A stretch of DNA of 64,000 nucleotides from the NCBI RefSeq assembly GCF_963921235.1, contig NC_086108.1:45572001-45636000 (forward strand), in the 5' to 3' direction. This DNA is from Mobula hypostoma. Taxonomy: Eukaryota. The notes under the pieces were generated by a model. The model was given only the letters and a program-made list of their open reading frames with translations. It was not told where the DNA came from and did not search any database. Shown one piece after another: positions 1 through 11,881 of this stretch. Both the position numbers and the translations under genes were made by a program. Position 1 is the first letter of the stretch, and the number at the start of each line of letters is the position of its first letter.

Positions 1-1120
1 GACAAACCTGTTCAAGTTCTTCAAGGGAGTAACAAGAAGGGTGGAAAAAGGAGAGGCAGTGCGTGTCATTTAGTTGGATTTTCAGAAGGCATTTGATAAA
101 AGCCACCCATGAGGCTGCTTAGCAAGATAAAATCCTAGGGCATTACAGGAAAGATACTGGCATGGATAACAGAATGGCTGACAGGCAGGAGGCAGTGAGT
201 GGGAATATAGGAGACTTTTTCTGGTTGGCTACTAGTGACCAGTGGTGTTCTTCTGGGGTCAGTATTAGGACTGTCACTTTTCACATTGTTTGTCAATGAT
301 TCAGATAATGAACTGATGGCTTTCTGGCAAAGTTTGCAGATGTTACGAAGATAGGCGGAGGGGTAGGTAGTGCTGATGAAGCAATGTGATTGCAGCAGGA
401 CTTAGACAAATTAGAAGAATGGGCAAAAAATTGGCAGATGGAACACAATGATAGAAAATCTATGATAATGCATTTTGGTAAAAGGAACAATAGTACGTAC
501 TATTATCTAAATGGGAAGGTTCAAACATCAGAGGTACAAAGGGACTTGGGAGTCCTCGTGCAAGACTCCCAGTAAGCTAATTTACAGGTTGAGTCTGTGG
601 TAAAGAAGGCAAATACAATATTGGCATTTATTTTCAAGGGGAATAGAATATAAAAACAAGGAGATAATGCTAAGGCTTTATAAGATGCTAGTCAGGCTGC
701 ACCGGGAGTATTGTCAACAGTGTTCGGCCCCATATCTCAGAAAAGATGTGTTGTCACTGGAGAGAGTCCAGAGAAGGTTCACAAGGATGATTCAGGGAAT
801 GCAGGGGTTAACACATGAGGAGCGTTTGGCTGCTTTGGGCCTGTACTCACTGGAAATTAGAAGGATGTGGGGGGATCTCATTGAAACCTACTAAATGTTA
901 AAAGTACTAAATAGGGTGGATGTGGAGAGAGGTAAGGAGGAATTTTTTTAGCCAGAGAATAGTGAATTGGTGGAATGTTCAGAACGCTTTGATCGGTCAG
1001 GGCATCAAGGGATATGGCAAGAAGGCACATTTTTGGGGTTGAATGGGATCCTGATGAAATGATGGAGCAGACTCGATGGGCTGAATGATGTAATTCTGCT
1101 TTTATGTCTTATGGTCTTAT
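1..1120 (+). mobile_element. CR1 LINE, decayed RT and 3' end
   Basis: LDFQKAFDK-like motif, [28 protein letters not shown]; ends in short tandem tail ttatgtcttatggtcttatg. Confidence 0.9.
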
Positions 1121-1122
1121 GT

Positions 1123-1611
1123 CATTCTCTCACCTCTGTTACATCCCTCCCTGCCCTTTTGAAACATCTACACCCCAGAACATCCAGCAGCCATTTCTGC
1201 CCTTTTGAGAGCCAAGACTCTGTAATGGCCACAGTGTTCTGGTTCCATATGCTGACCAATGCTCTAAGTTCTTGATTGTTCCTGAGACTTATATTAAAAT
1301 AGACAAACTTCAACCATCCAACTGACTGCAATTTATCTCTATCAACTCCCTATCTTTCCTCAGTCTCTCTACACACTACATCTACCTGCACACCTACTAC
1401 CTACTACCCCAACCTCTGACCTATCAAGCAGGTTTCCATCCCCCTGCCAAACTACGTTAAAACCTCCCCAACAACTCCAGCAAACCTGTCTGCAAGGATT
1501 TGGTCCCCCTCAAGATCAGGTATAAAATTTTGCACCAGTCATTCCTTCCCCAGAAGCGACCCCAATGATCCACTAACCTGAAACCCTCCCCTGTGCACCA
1601 ATTCCTCAGCC
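1123..1611 (-). mobile_element. CR1 LINE fragment (ORF1 esterase end and endonuclease start)
   Basis: WLRNWCTGEGFRLVDHWGRFWGR; VAITESWL. Confidence 0.8.
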
Positions 1612-2018
1612 ACTTCAAACTTTCTGCAGTTTCACTCAAAGAGTTGAACCGCACGTGCATGTAACAAGAGCTGTATAACTCATCTCCTTCTACCTTAGGC
1701 CACGAACTTATCAATCTCCCCTGCTGTGGACCACCTGGAGGTCCAAGACACTCTCGTTACATGCACGTGCAGTTCAACTCTTTGAGTGATAATGCAGAAA
1801 GTTTGAAGTTAATAACTCTTCTCCTTCTACCTTAGGCCACGAACTTATCAATCACCCCTGCTGTGGACCACTTCTACAAATAAGGGATCCGTATGCTCCA
1901 TGACTGCTGGACTAAGTGTGTACATGTAGGAGGGAACTATGTTGAAAAATAAACGTGCTAAGTTTCTAAAATTGACTCCTTCCACCTTAGGCCACTAACT
2001 TATCAATCACCCCTCATA
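1612..2018 (+). mobile_element. Mariner-derived non-autonomous element
   Basis: Transposase C-terminal relic FYK*GIRMLHDCWTKCVHVGGNYVEK* (1872-1952), followed by a terminal repeat ending acttatcaatcacccctca-TA. Confidence 0.8.
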
Positions 2019-5000
2019 TTTTTCCTGTGGTACAATTCCAAGGGTGCTGACAGACTTATTTTATCCATATACCTTTTTCCATTCATCACTGGATATTACC
2101 TGGAGACATTGTGGTTACACCACTGGGTGAATATTCAGAGACCTGGAAGTTTGATCCAAAGATATGAGTTACAATCCCCAAGCATGGCAGTTGAGGAATC
2201 CAAAGTTAAATGCATTTGGATTATGAAGTTCATTTCACTAATGACAACCAGGAAACAATAAAGATGTTGTAAGAATCTGTCCAATTGACGAATGCACTTT
2301 GAGAAAGGAGTATACCAATCTTAGCAGATCTTTTAGCTTGAAAACAGGCCAGTTAGCAGCAGAAAACCATGCATATTAATCCCACCTTTTAGCATTTGAC
2401 CATCGCCTTCTCTGCCTAAGCAATACTAATGCTCGTCTACATACTTCCTAAACGCTGTTAGCAATCGCTCCACCACTCTCTCAGGGACTGCATTTAGGTG
2501 CTAACACTCTCTAGGTGAAAAAGTTTCCCCTCAGCTCCTTTAGTCCCAGCCAGACCTCCATTTTTGCCTAGATGTGATTCTGTGCTGACCAATTTACTTT
2601 ACTTTTAACTGTTCACCTCAGTTCAAGGGCAAACTCCACAACTTGTGAATGAATACGCAAAAACAAAAGGCAGGTGTTTACTTTCTTTGTCTCTGGTGTT
2701 GAGACAGAGGCAATCTGTGGAATTGTTGCATCTATGCAGACTAAGATTGGTTAACTTAAACTGCTCAATTGATCAAGTTTGAGCTTGAGCCCTAATGAAG
2801 CATAAAGTTACTCGATGCAAATGAAATCTTGTTCTACTTTCAGAGAAGCGTGATAATCTACATGCACAAATGATCCAGCTGACTTAGCACTGTACTTTGC
2901 AGAAAGCTTATCATAAATACATATTAGAAATTGCAAACATGATTGATCTAGGACAGGGAGTGCTACATGTGTTGTTTTTCTTGGCTAGTGTGTGCATTCC
3001 CAATTGCAAGACAGCTGGTGGATGCAAAGGGCCAGAGTACTCTCATGCTATCCTACGCTGAGACCTAGGCAGAATAACCAGCATCCCTCTATTCTTCAGC
3101 TGTTTTTTTTCTTTCATGTTCTGTCCATTCAACATTCTTAATAAATAAAATCAGTTTTATGTGTCACATAGTTTTATAAAAAGACACCCTGGTCCAATAA
3201 CTTGTCCCTATAAAAAGGTGGAAGTGCATTCAGGGATGACATTTACAATCACATTACAGGCAAGCATGTCATTTTTCAGTTATGGACAACACTGCATTCA
3301 GTGCTTTGGGTTTAAACCAGTCTACTTTAATGCCGTCGAATGTATCCCAGTTGAAACCCTTCACAGGAAAGGCTATTTTTAGCTACTTTACAAGAGGATA
3401 ACTCACACGTTAGGTATAAAACCATGACAAGCAGCTGCTGCCTAAACCACTTCCCACTCTTGGTAATGCAGAAAATCTCATGGCTTAATTTAGCAAGAAA
3501 AAAGTAGAATGTTGTACATCATGAGAAAAGGCAATGAAATTACTTCAACGTAATTAAAATCTTTTACAAGAATATGTAACTTTGCCAAGCATAGCTTTGG
3601 CAATGTACAATTCTTTAGCCTACTTCTGATGACATTGGACAACAATTCTGCAAATATCACAGCTTTCAGTTATTTCACATAAGTGGCCATTCTTCATTTA
3701 GATCCCAACTAGGAGCAATTCACAGATTAGGCCATTGGATCATAACAGCTCACAGTTGAGCACTTTGATCTTACCCGACATTTATGTGTAAGTATATGTC
3801 CACATTCATACATGAACATGCAAAAAATTGTTCCTAACTGTTAACTCTTCTTAAAATATAATCATATATGACAAAGACACATTAATTTCAACTTCAGGAT
3901 ATGTTTGGACGAATTACTTCAAAGGTGCTCAGATTATAACTCTGATTTCACCTAAAATACTTAATACTTCAGCTAGTGTCTTTGCCCGTGAATTATCAGG
4001 CAAGGAGCATACTATCATATTAATCAGCTACTGATGAAATCTTCTGATTAAAATCTGCTCTCCTCAGCACCACTCTACATTTCTTTCTTCAAGCCCCTTC
4101 AGGAGCATATATTATCAGTGAACATATGGGCCAGAAGAAATGTTTAATTTGGCTGAATTCCCACTATTCATTTTATTTTTGAAACATTCTTTCTAAGTCA
4201 CCTGTGAGGTGCTTGTTATGAAAACATAATATGTTATCAGATGGGTTTAAGGTGTAGTGAAATTATGATAATCAAGGCATTGTAATCACATTTAAATCAA
4301 TATAAGAAATCTTATTTGTTACTCATGCCAACATCTAGTCCACTGCCTTTTTTATTACCTTTTTAAATACTTAAAATCAGAAGCTTTTACCTTAGAATTT
4401 GACTTATATCATTCACCAGCACAGTTCAATTCCAGTTCTGCTGCATACCAAATTCAAAGGACTTGACATTTGATTAAAAGTGTATTAAGTAACTATTTAA
4501 AGTTATGCAATAGAGATTCAATTATTTTAAATGCTTAAACTAATTTCAAGCTTCAGAAAACCTTAAGACATCCATTGTAATGTTAGATGTTATTCTATAA
4601 TTTCTCATTTCCTTGTGTTTTGTCCTCAGCGTTTCCTGTCCCACTCAGGCACCCCACACCAACATGATGAAGCTTAACAAACAAGAGAAAACCTGCAGAT
4701 GCTGGAAATTCAGGCAACACACATTTTCCAAAAAAAACTTTTCCAATATTTAATGCAGGGAAACTTTACGGCCACAAGACTTTAACAAAATGTCCCCAAT
4801 TATTGCAGGAAAGCGCTCAGGCTAGCGTGGAGCTTTTTTTTCGAACAGAATAGAACAGTGTACGAGGCAACATCTGCTTACCAACTCAGAAGATTAAATA
4901 AATTGTTATTATATTTAGATGATACCAACCTGAGGCACAGGAAGCATTAAAAGATTACAGGAAGAAGGAAATTGTGAGGCAGGTACGGGTGATTGTCTTG

Positions 5001-5167
5001 GTCATGGGTAGTGACAAAACATAGACAACTGACAGTTTACTGGCTATTCACAATTGTGCCTCTGCTTTTCTTTTGAAGTCTTCAAAATCCGTTTTGTGCT
5101 ACTGCCCAAATCTAAGGACTCGGACTTGAAATCTTTTGAGTGAGTTAAAGAGAATTTTACATTTAAC

Positions 5168-5565
5168 ATAGAAGCAAGATTAAGCCATTTGTCCCTTCAA
5201 GCTTGCTTCACCATTCATCAAGATCACAAGTGATCTTTTATCTCAGTGCCATTTTATCTGCACTATCAACATGTGCCATGGTTCCCTTAATAACCAGAAA
5301 TCTTCCTGTATTTTAAATGAACAGATTGATCTTTGTTCTGAATGAACACAATGTCTGTGCCTCTGCAGCCATCTGGGGCTGAGAATTCCAAACAATTACT
5401 ACCCTATGTGTGAAGAAAATTTTCCTTACACAGGCCTTTTCCTAATTTAGTAGTTTGAGAATAAAGGGCTGCTTTGGAAACCAGATTTTCCTAAACAGCC
5501 CTTTATTCTCAAACTGGTCCCAGACAACTCAGTCAGGAAAAAAGCCTCCCTGCATCAAGCCTTGG
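5168..5565 (-). mobile_element. Old CR1 3' fragment
   Basis: Reverse complement resembles the 3' ends of other CR1 copies in the window. Confidence 0.6.
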
Positions 5566-5567
5566 AG

Positions 5568-6160
5568 ATCAAAGTAAATTTATTATCAGGGTACATATAT
5601 GTCACCATATACAACCCCGAGATTTACATTCTTGCAGGCATTTACAGGAAAATAAAGAAATATGATGGAATATATGAAAATCTATAAATAACAAAGGCTG
5701 GCAAAGAACCAATGTGCAAAAGAAGACAAATCATGCAAAATACATTAAAAATTATAAATAAGTAATATTGAGTTGTAGAGTGCTTGAAAATGAATCTATA
5801 GGTGGTGAAGTCAGTTCAGCGTAGAGATGAGTGAAGATATCCACACTGGTTCTGAAGTCTGGCAATTGGAGGGTAATAACTGTTTCTGAACCTGGTGGTG
5901 TGAGACCCAATGCCCCTGTACCTCCTGTCAGGTGGTAGTAGCAAGAAGAAAGCATGGCCTGGATGATGGGATCCCAGGTGATGAATGCTGTTTTCTTTTC
6001 ACAGGGCTCCTTGTAAATGTGCTCGGTGATGGAGAGGGCTTTATCTGTGATGGACTGCATAGCATCCAACACATTCTGTAGGCTTTTTCCATTCCTGGGC
6101 TATGATGCGACCTGTCGGGATACTCTCCATTGTACAGCCTGACAAGCCTGCAAGAGTTTT
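5568..6160 (-). mobile_element. Rex1/Babar-like LINE 3' fragment
   Basis: Same 3' UTR and C-terminal relic as the copies at about 11.9, 24 and 57.5 kb. Confidence 0.7.
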
Positions 6161-7664
6161 TGAGTTTTGATATTTTCTTTCATTCTTCTTATGCAGCCCC
6201 ATTCCTCCCATCTGTGCTCATCTTTTGTTCAATGTTTGAATAACTCCCATTGGAGTTGGCTCCATGCCACAGTATAGTCACGTTCTGTGACTGTGAAGTA
6301 TCATCCTCCTTCATTCTTGTGAAATTACCTACAACCTTTGCTAAAGTGAACCAGCCATTCATCAACAACAATTCTATTGTGAAATTATTGTAATATATTC
6401 AGACAGAGCAGTCCTGGCATTCTGCCTGCAGAATGGGACAGATCTCTGTAAAGACTGAATTATGAGACTAAACCTCTGGACAAATAGCTTCCTGGACAGC
6501 CAATATACAGAAATGTGATTCCTGGAAGACTCAATGCATTAGGCTCTGCAATCCAGAATCCTCTGCTTCCGCTCTTCCTTTTTGTGGACTACTACCAAAT
6601 CTCCCCTTTATTGCTGTGAAATCTGCAAATTTTTGCTGATCAAAGTGTAGATTCATGGAATATCCCTACAGTCATGACCAGCTTTTCTATGTTTAGTCTA
6701 CATTGAGAGTTAATTATATCTTAATAGGACAAGCATTGATTGGATGCAAAGGATAAACGTCGCTCATGTCCTCCGCATGCTCCATGCTCAGGAATATAAT
6801 GTACCATGGAATCTGGCAGCTGAAGTTTCCATTTCTTCCATTATTTACCTTGCAGTACATGTTAATTTGAGGTGTATAAAAAAAACCTGTGTTATTCAAT
6901 TTAATTTCTATGCTGACATGCTTTTAATGTTTTAAAACGATGTGTTTACCTCTAGCTAAATTAAATGCCAGCATGTTCCACTTTTAACAATCTTTCTCAA
7001 GTGAATGGGCAGACATTTGACAAAGGCCTAAGTATATATTGTGCTCCTCAAGTCAAAGAGAATCTTTTCTTCGTCTTGTATAGACTAAGATAATACAAAA
7101 AATTATGAGTTTTCACCTAGGTGCTTAAATTTTCTAGCAATAAAGGCTATCTTGCCTTTCTGAACACTAACTCACCACTTTTTTACCACTTGTTTAATAT
7201 ACATATGTACATACCGCAATTCAGTTTTTTTTCTATATTTATCATACATTGCATTGTACTGCTGCTGCAAAGTTAACCAAATTTCAGGACATATGCCGGT
7301 GATATTAAAGCTGATTTTTATTCTGCTTGCCTGTTGCAATGAGCTTTCCATAACTTGTGTGCCGAAGGCTCAAATGTAAGTGGACACTTTGATCCTTCTG
7401 AACTTCAACATTCAGACCATTTAAAAAAGTACTCTGCATTCCTGTTTTACATCTGCTGTGTTGTTGCCCGCTCACTTACGAAATACGTGTCCCTTTGTAA
7501 CCTCTTTGCAGCATCCTTACAGCTCGCAGACCATTTAGATTTGTGTCAACAGCAAACTCCGCTAAATTGCTAGGAATATTTGTAGCCTAATGTTCCCACT
7601 AGTCACAGCCTGCCACTTTGTTTAGTCCTGCTCCTTATTTACTATTAATGAAGAAACTCTCAGT

Positions 7665-8360
7665 CTAGGGCAGCGAACAATCTGCTAGAGGTACTCAGCA
7701 GGTCAAGCAGTGCCAGTGGGAGGAAAGAAAATGCTAACATTTCAGGTTAAAACTTTACATCTGGACCGAGCGGGGAGAGGCAAGATAGCCACCATAGACA
7801 AGTGGCGGCAAGAAAGGATTCTGAGGCGATTGGTAGACTGAGGGGGTACTGGAGAAGGTTTGGAGCAGGAGCTGTTCCACGTAGGCAACAAAAAAGGCAT
7901 AGCTTGGGCCCATGCTAGTGCCGATGGCTGCTCTTCTGATTTGTAGGAAGTGAGAGGAATAAAACGGGAAGTTGTTTAAGGTAAGAAAAAGCTCAGCCAA
8001 GTGGTCGGGAATGTTTGTGGGGGGAACTAGTTGGGTCTGAGGGATTTTTGACCTCATTGATGGGGGGGATGGACATATATAAAGACTGGCATCCATTGTA
8101 AAGATGTGGCAGGGAATCAGAAGTTATCCAAATGATGGAGGGAATGCAAAGAATCCCAAATATAAATGGGAGGGGACTAGACAAGGGGAGATAGGGTGAA
8201 GTCAAGCTGTGAAGAGATAAAATAAGTAGGGCAAGAGCGGCCAGAAAGAGTGGGTCTATTAGAACAGTCTTGTTTATGGATCTTGGATAAGAGATTTAAG
8301 CAGGAAGTGAGCCCTTGAGGTACTATCAGGTTAGAGGCTGCAGAGAGGAAATCACTCATC
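7665..8360 (-). mobile_element. Penelope-like element, RT fragment and terminal repeat
   Basis: LAELFLTLNNFPFYSSHFLQIRRAAIGTSMGPSYA matches the Penelope RT motif. Confidence 0.8.
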
Positions 8361-8370
8361 TTAAGCTCTC

Positions 8371-8508
8371 TTTCTTTCTTTCTTTTTAAATCTTTTTATT
8401 GAGTAAGTATACAAAAAAGGTAAGCCATATAAACATTAATACAATGTTAAAGTATAATAAAATTCCAAAAGATATCAATACCAAAAAGAAATTACTACAA
8501 ACAATGTA
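8371..8508 (-). mobile_element. Short 5'-truncated retroposed 3' end with 10-bp target-site duplication
   Basis: TTAAGCTCTC at 8361-8370 and 8509-8518; minus-strand AATAAA and (GAAA)n tail. Confidence 0.65.
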
Positions 8509-8764
8509 TTAAGCTCTCAATCTATATTAGAATATTACTCCCAATTCCATATGCTCTAACCTTGTCCAACAATCTCCCTGTAGGACTGTATCAAAAGCAT
8601 TCTGGAAATTCAAATACACATATTTGCTCTTCCCCCCTCATGTACTCTACTTAATGCATTGTCAAAAAATTTTAACAGATCAGCTAAACACAATCTCCTT
8701 CTAAGAACTCCTATTAGCTCTGCCTAGTAGTTACTGTTATTATTATAATGAAAGTAGTAGTAAT

Positions 8765-9095
8765 ATTGCATGCCATCTTGGACAATGTCTCCCATCCACT
8801 ACATAATGTACTGGGTGGGCACAGGAGTACATTCAGCCAGAGACTCATTCCACCGAGATGCAACGCAAAGCGTCATAGGAAGTCATTCCTGCCTGTGGCC
8901 ATCAAACTTTACAACTCCTCTCCTGGAGGGTCAGACACCCTGAGCCAATAGGCTAGTCCTGGACTTATTTCCTACTATAATTTACGTATTACTATTTAAC
9001 TATTTATAGTTTTATTACTATTTATTATTTATGGTGCAACTGTAATGAAAACCAATTTCCCCCGGGATCAATAAAGTATGCCTATGACTATGAAT
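8765..9095 (+). mobile_element. Rex1/Babar-like LINE 3' end
   Basis: LHAILDNVSHPLH...RKSFLPVAIKLYNSS; AATAAA and a gactat-type tail. Confidence 0.75.
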
Positions 9096-10519
9096 ATTGG
9101 TAACACAAGGGATTCTGGTGATGCTGGAATTCCTGAGCAACACACATAAAATACTGGAGGAACTCAGCAAGTCAGGTAGTATCTAAGGAAATGAATAAAC
9201 ATTTGACATTTCAGGCCGTGGAGACCCTTCTTCAGGACTGAGCAGGAATGGGGAAGATGCCAGAATAAAAAGGCAGGAGGAGGAGCAGGAGGATAAGATA
9301 GTATGTTCTAGGTGGTCAGATAACAAATCCTTTGTTATAAGCTTAAGCATTTTCTCCAGTACTGATACTGGGCTAATAAGTCAATGGTTCCGTAATTTCT
9401 CTCTCGATCACTTCTTAAATAGTGGTTTCACATTTGCCACCCTCCAATCAGCAGGACCATGCAGAATATTGAAAACTGATAACTGGAGTATACACTGTCT
9501 CCATTGTCAGCTCTTTCAAAACATCAGGATTTAGGTAATTGCTCTAGGGACTTACCACATTTAAAGATTTATTTTTTCACTAATACTAATTATTTTATTT
9601 CTTTATGAACACAGGACACTTGGTGCAATTTTTCTGTGAAGTTTATATCACTTTTGATGAAGACAAACCCAAAATATTTATTTAGTTTTTCTGCCATTTT
9701 TTATTTCCCATTATAAATCCTCCTTTCTATGTCTGAGCTGTATTTAATCTGCCTTGATTGTTTCTTGCTAGCTGACTCTCAGTTTCTGTTTTCTTTTTAA
9801 CAACTCCTTGGCCATCCTAAAATGATCCCAATCTTCAGGCTTGCTTCTTTTCCAGGCAAGCTTATATGCTCTATCATTGCCATAATGTTGTAGAGATATA
9901 CACCATGGCAAGAGGCCATTCAGTCCATTGGGTCTGCACTGATTCTTAATTACCATTCACACCAATTTGGATGAACCCCATTTATATCAAGGTTTGCTTC
10001 TTCCGTAATCCAGGGTTGAACTTTGCTCTGTTGCCTGCACGCTTTCATAATTATTGAGAGTTGATCTCTCAATAATAAAATCACATGAGTAGTGGGATAT
10101 TGGTCTGGGAGAGGATTGAGAAGGTGATTGAGTTAATGTAAGGGTATTTTCAATAAAATAATAACACTAAGAAAAACCACCCAGACTCATAAAGCTCTTG
10201 AAGAGCTTGTGGGGCTTGACATAGGGAAAATATTCACCCTGACAGAGTAGTCTGAGACCAGTTTGAGAATAAAGGGCTGTTTATGAAAATGTGTAAGTAT
10301 TAACCAAGATGTCTTGGAGTGCCTGGAAGTAATCCAAATAAAATCAGGCCCCGTTGACAGTAAAGAATGCTGAAACAAATTCCAAATCTCCATTTATGTC
10401 TTCCTTAGCATGCAAAGCTATCAACATCCAAAATCTCAAAAGTATGTACGTATGTAGAGTATGTGTAGATCTAGTGACACAGGGCAGGACAGGCCCTTCT
10501 GTCCCAGTAAGCTCTGCTG

Positions 10520-10730
10520 CCCAGTTACCCACCCATCTAACACTAGCCTAATCAATGCACAATTTACAATGATCGTATCACTGTGGACTGTGAGAGGAGA
10601 CCGGAGCACCTGGAGGAAACCCATGTGGTCAGTGAGATTGTGCAAACTCCTTACAGACAATGCTGGAATTGAACTCGAACACCCCCCCCCCGCCATAATA
10701 GTGTCACACTAATCACTATACTACGCCCAC
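10520..10730 (-). mobile_element. V-SINE-like element
   Basis: ccggagcacctggaggaaaccca...tgcaaactccttacagac core; a related copy lies at about 60050-60210. Confidence 0.65.
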
Positions 10731-10785
10731 AGCAGCTATCTTTATTTTATTTTCATTACATTTATTATCTTAGCTTATTTTTATA

Positions 10786-11103
10786 GTGAGCACGTGGTCA
10801 AGTGGTTAAGGCATTGGACTAGCGACCTGAAGGTCATGAGTTCGAGCCCCAGCCGAGGCAAAGTGTTGTGTCCTTGAGCAATGCACATAATCACACATTG
10901 CTCTGCGATGACATTGGTACCAAGCTGTATGGGTCCTAATGCCCTTCCCTTGGACAACATTGGTGTCGTGGAGAGGGGAGACTTGCAGCATGGGCAACTG
11001 CTGGTCTTCCATACAACCTTGCCCAGGCCTGCGCCCTGGAGAGTGAAGACTTTCCAGGCGCAGATCCATAGTCTCGCAAGACTAACGGATGCCTTTTTTA
11101 AAA
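10786..11103 (+). mobile_element. tRNA-derived SINE, apparently full length
   Basis: A box TGGTCAAGTGG (10795-10805) and B box GAGTTCGAGCC (10838-10848); flanking direct repeat ATTTTTATA at 10777-10785 and 11104-11112. Confidence 0.85.
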
Positions 11104-11881
11104 ATTTTTATACGAATTAATCATCTCATTTGCCTTATATAAAGATTTTGGTGAAACAATATTTCCTTGAAGTACAATTCAATCGCAATCCCCTTATAAT
11201 ATGTTACATGGAGGAGAGCAGCAACAGAAATTTAAAAAAAAAGAATTAAAAGCATCATTATTAATTTTAAAAATAGGAGGTAGAATCTAGCTGCTATCTC
11301 TTTAATTCAGGTTAACAGCCCAGATGGACAGCATGAAAAAAGAATACTCAACCTTTTGGATAGAGTGTGGATGAAATGAATGTAGCCAGTTTTTAGTAGC
11401 CATCAGTTGAAAGAAAATAAAATTGCCCCAAAACTGCCAAGCTCATGCAGAAAGTAGGAGGTTGCTGTACTGGAAGGGAATGACATAAATGTAAAAGGCT
11501 AAGCTTATTGCTGGGATACAGTAAAGCAAGCTCTGTGCTGTGTAATCTGGGAGAGCTTCCTAATACTGGCATTCCCAAATTAAATGAATACAAAGATTTT
11601 CCACGCTGCAGATAAAGAGCGGGATAATCCTTGTATTTAAAGAAGTTGGCAGAACACAAGTACAGGACAACGTTTGATATAAATGGAAATTACATCCCAT
11701 TGTAAGCTGGAAATTGTTTCCTGATTTTTCCCTCTCCAGGTTTGGTCTGTGTCTGAGTATGATGATAATGAGTATAAGAACTCCTTGCACTCTGTAGCTT
11801 TGTGAATACTCATGGATAAAGAATGTTGGCATGTAACTATAATCAGCTCCTCTTTATTCAATTGTTGACAGATGGACAGAT

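Noticed and set aside
10786..10860. tRNA gene
   Set aside because: No proper acceptor stem; it continues into a SINE body flanked by a target-site duplication.
10990..11095. HDV-like ribozyme in the SINE tail
   Set aside because: I could fit only simple hairpins, not the nested double pseudoknot.
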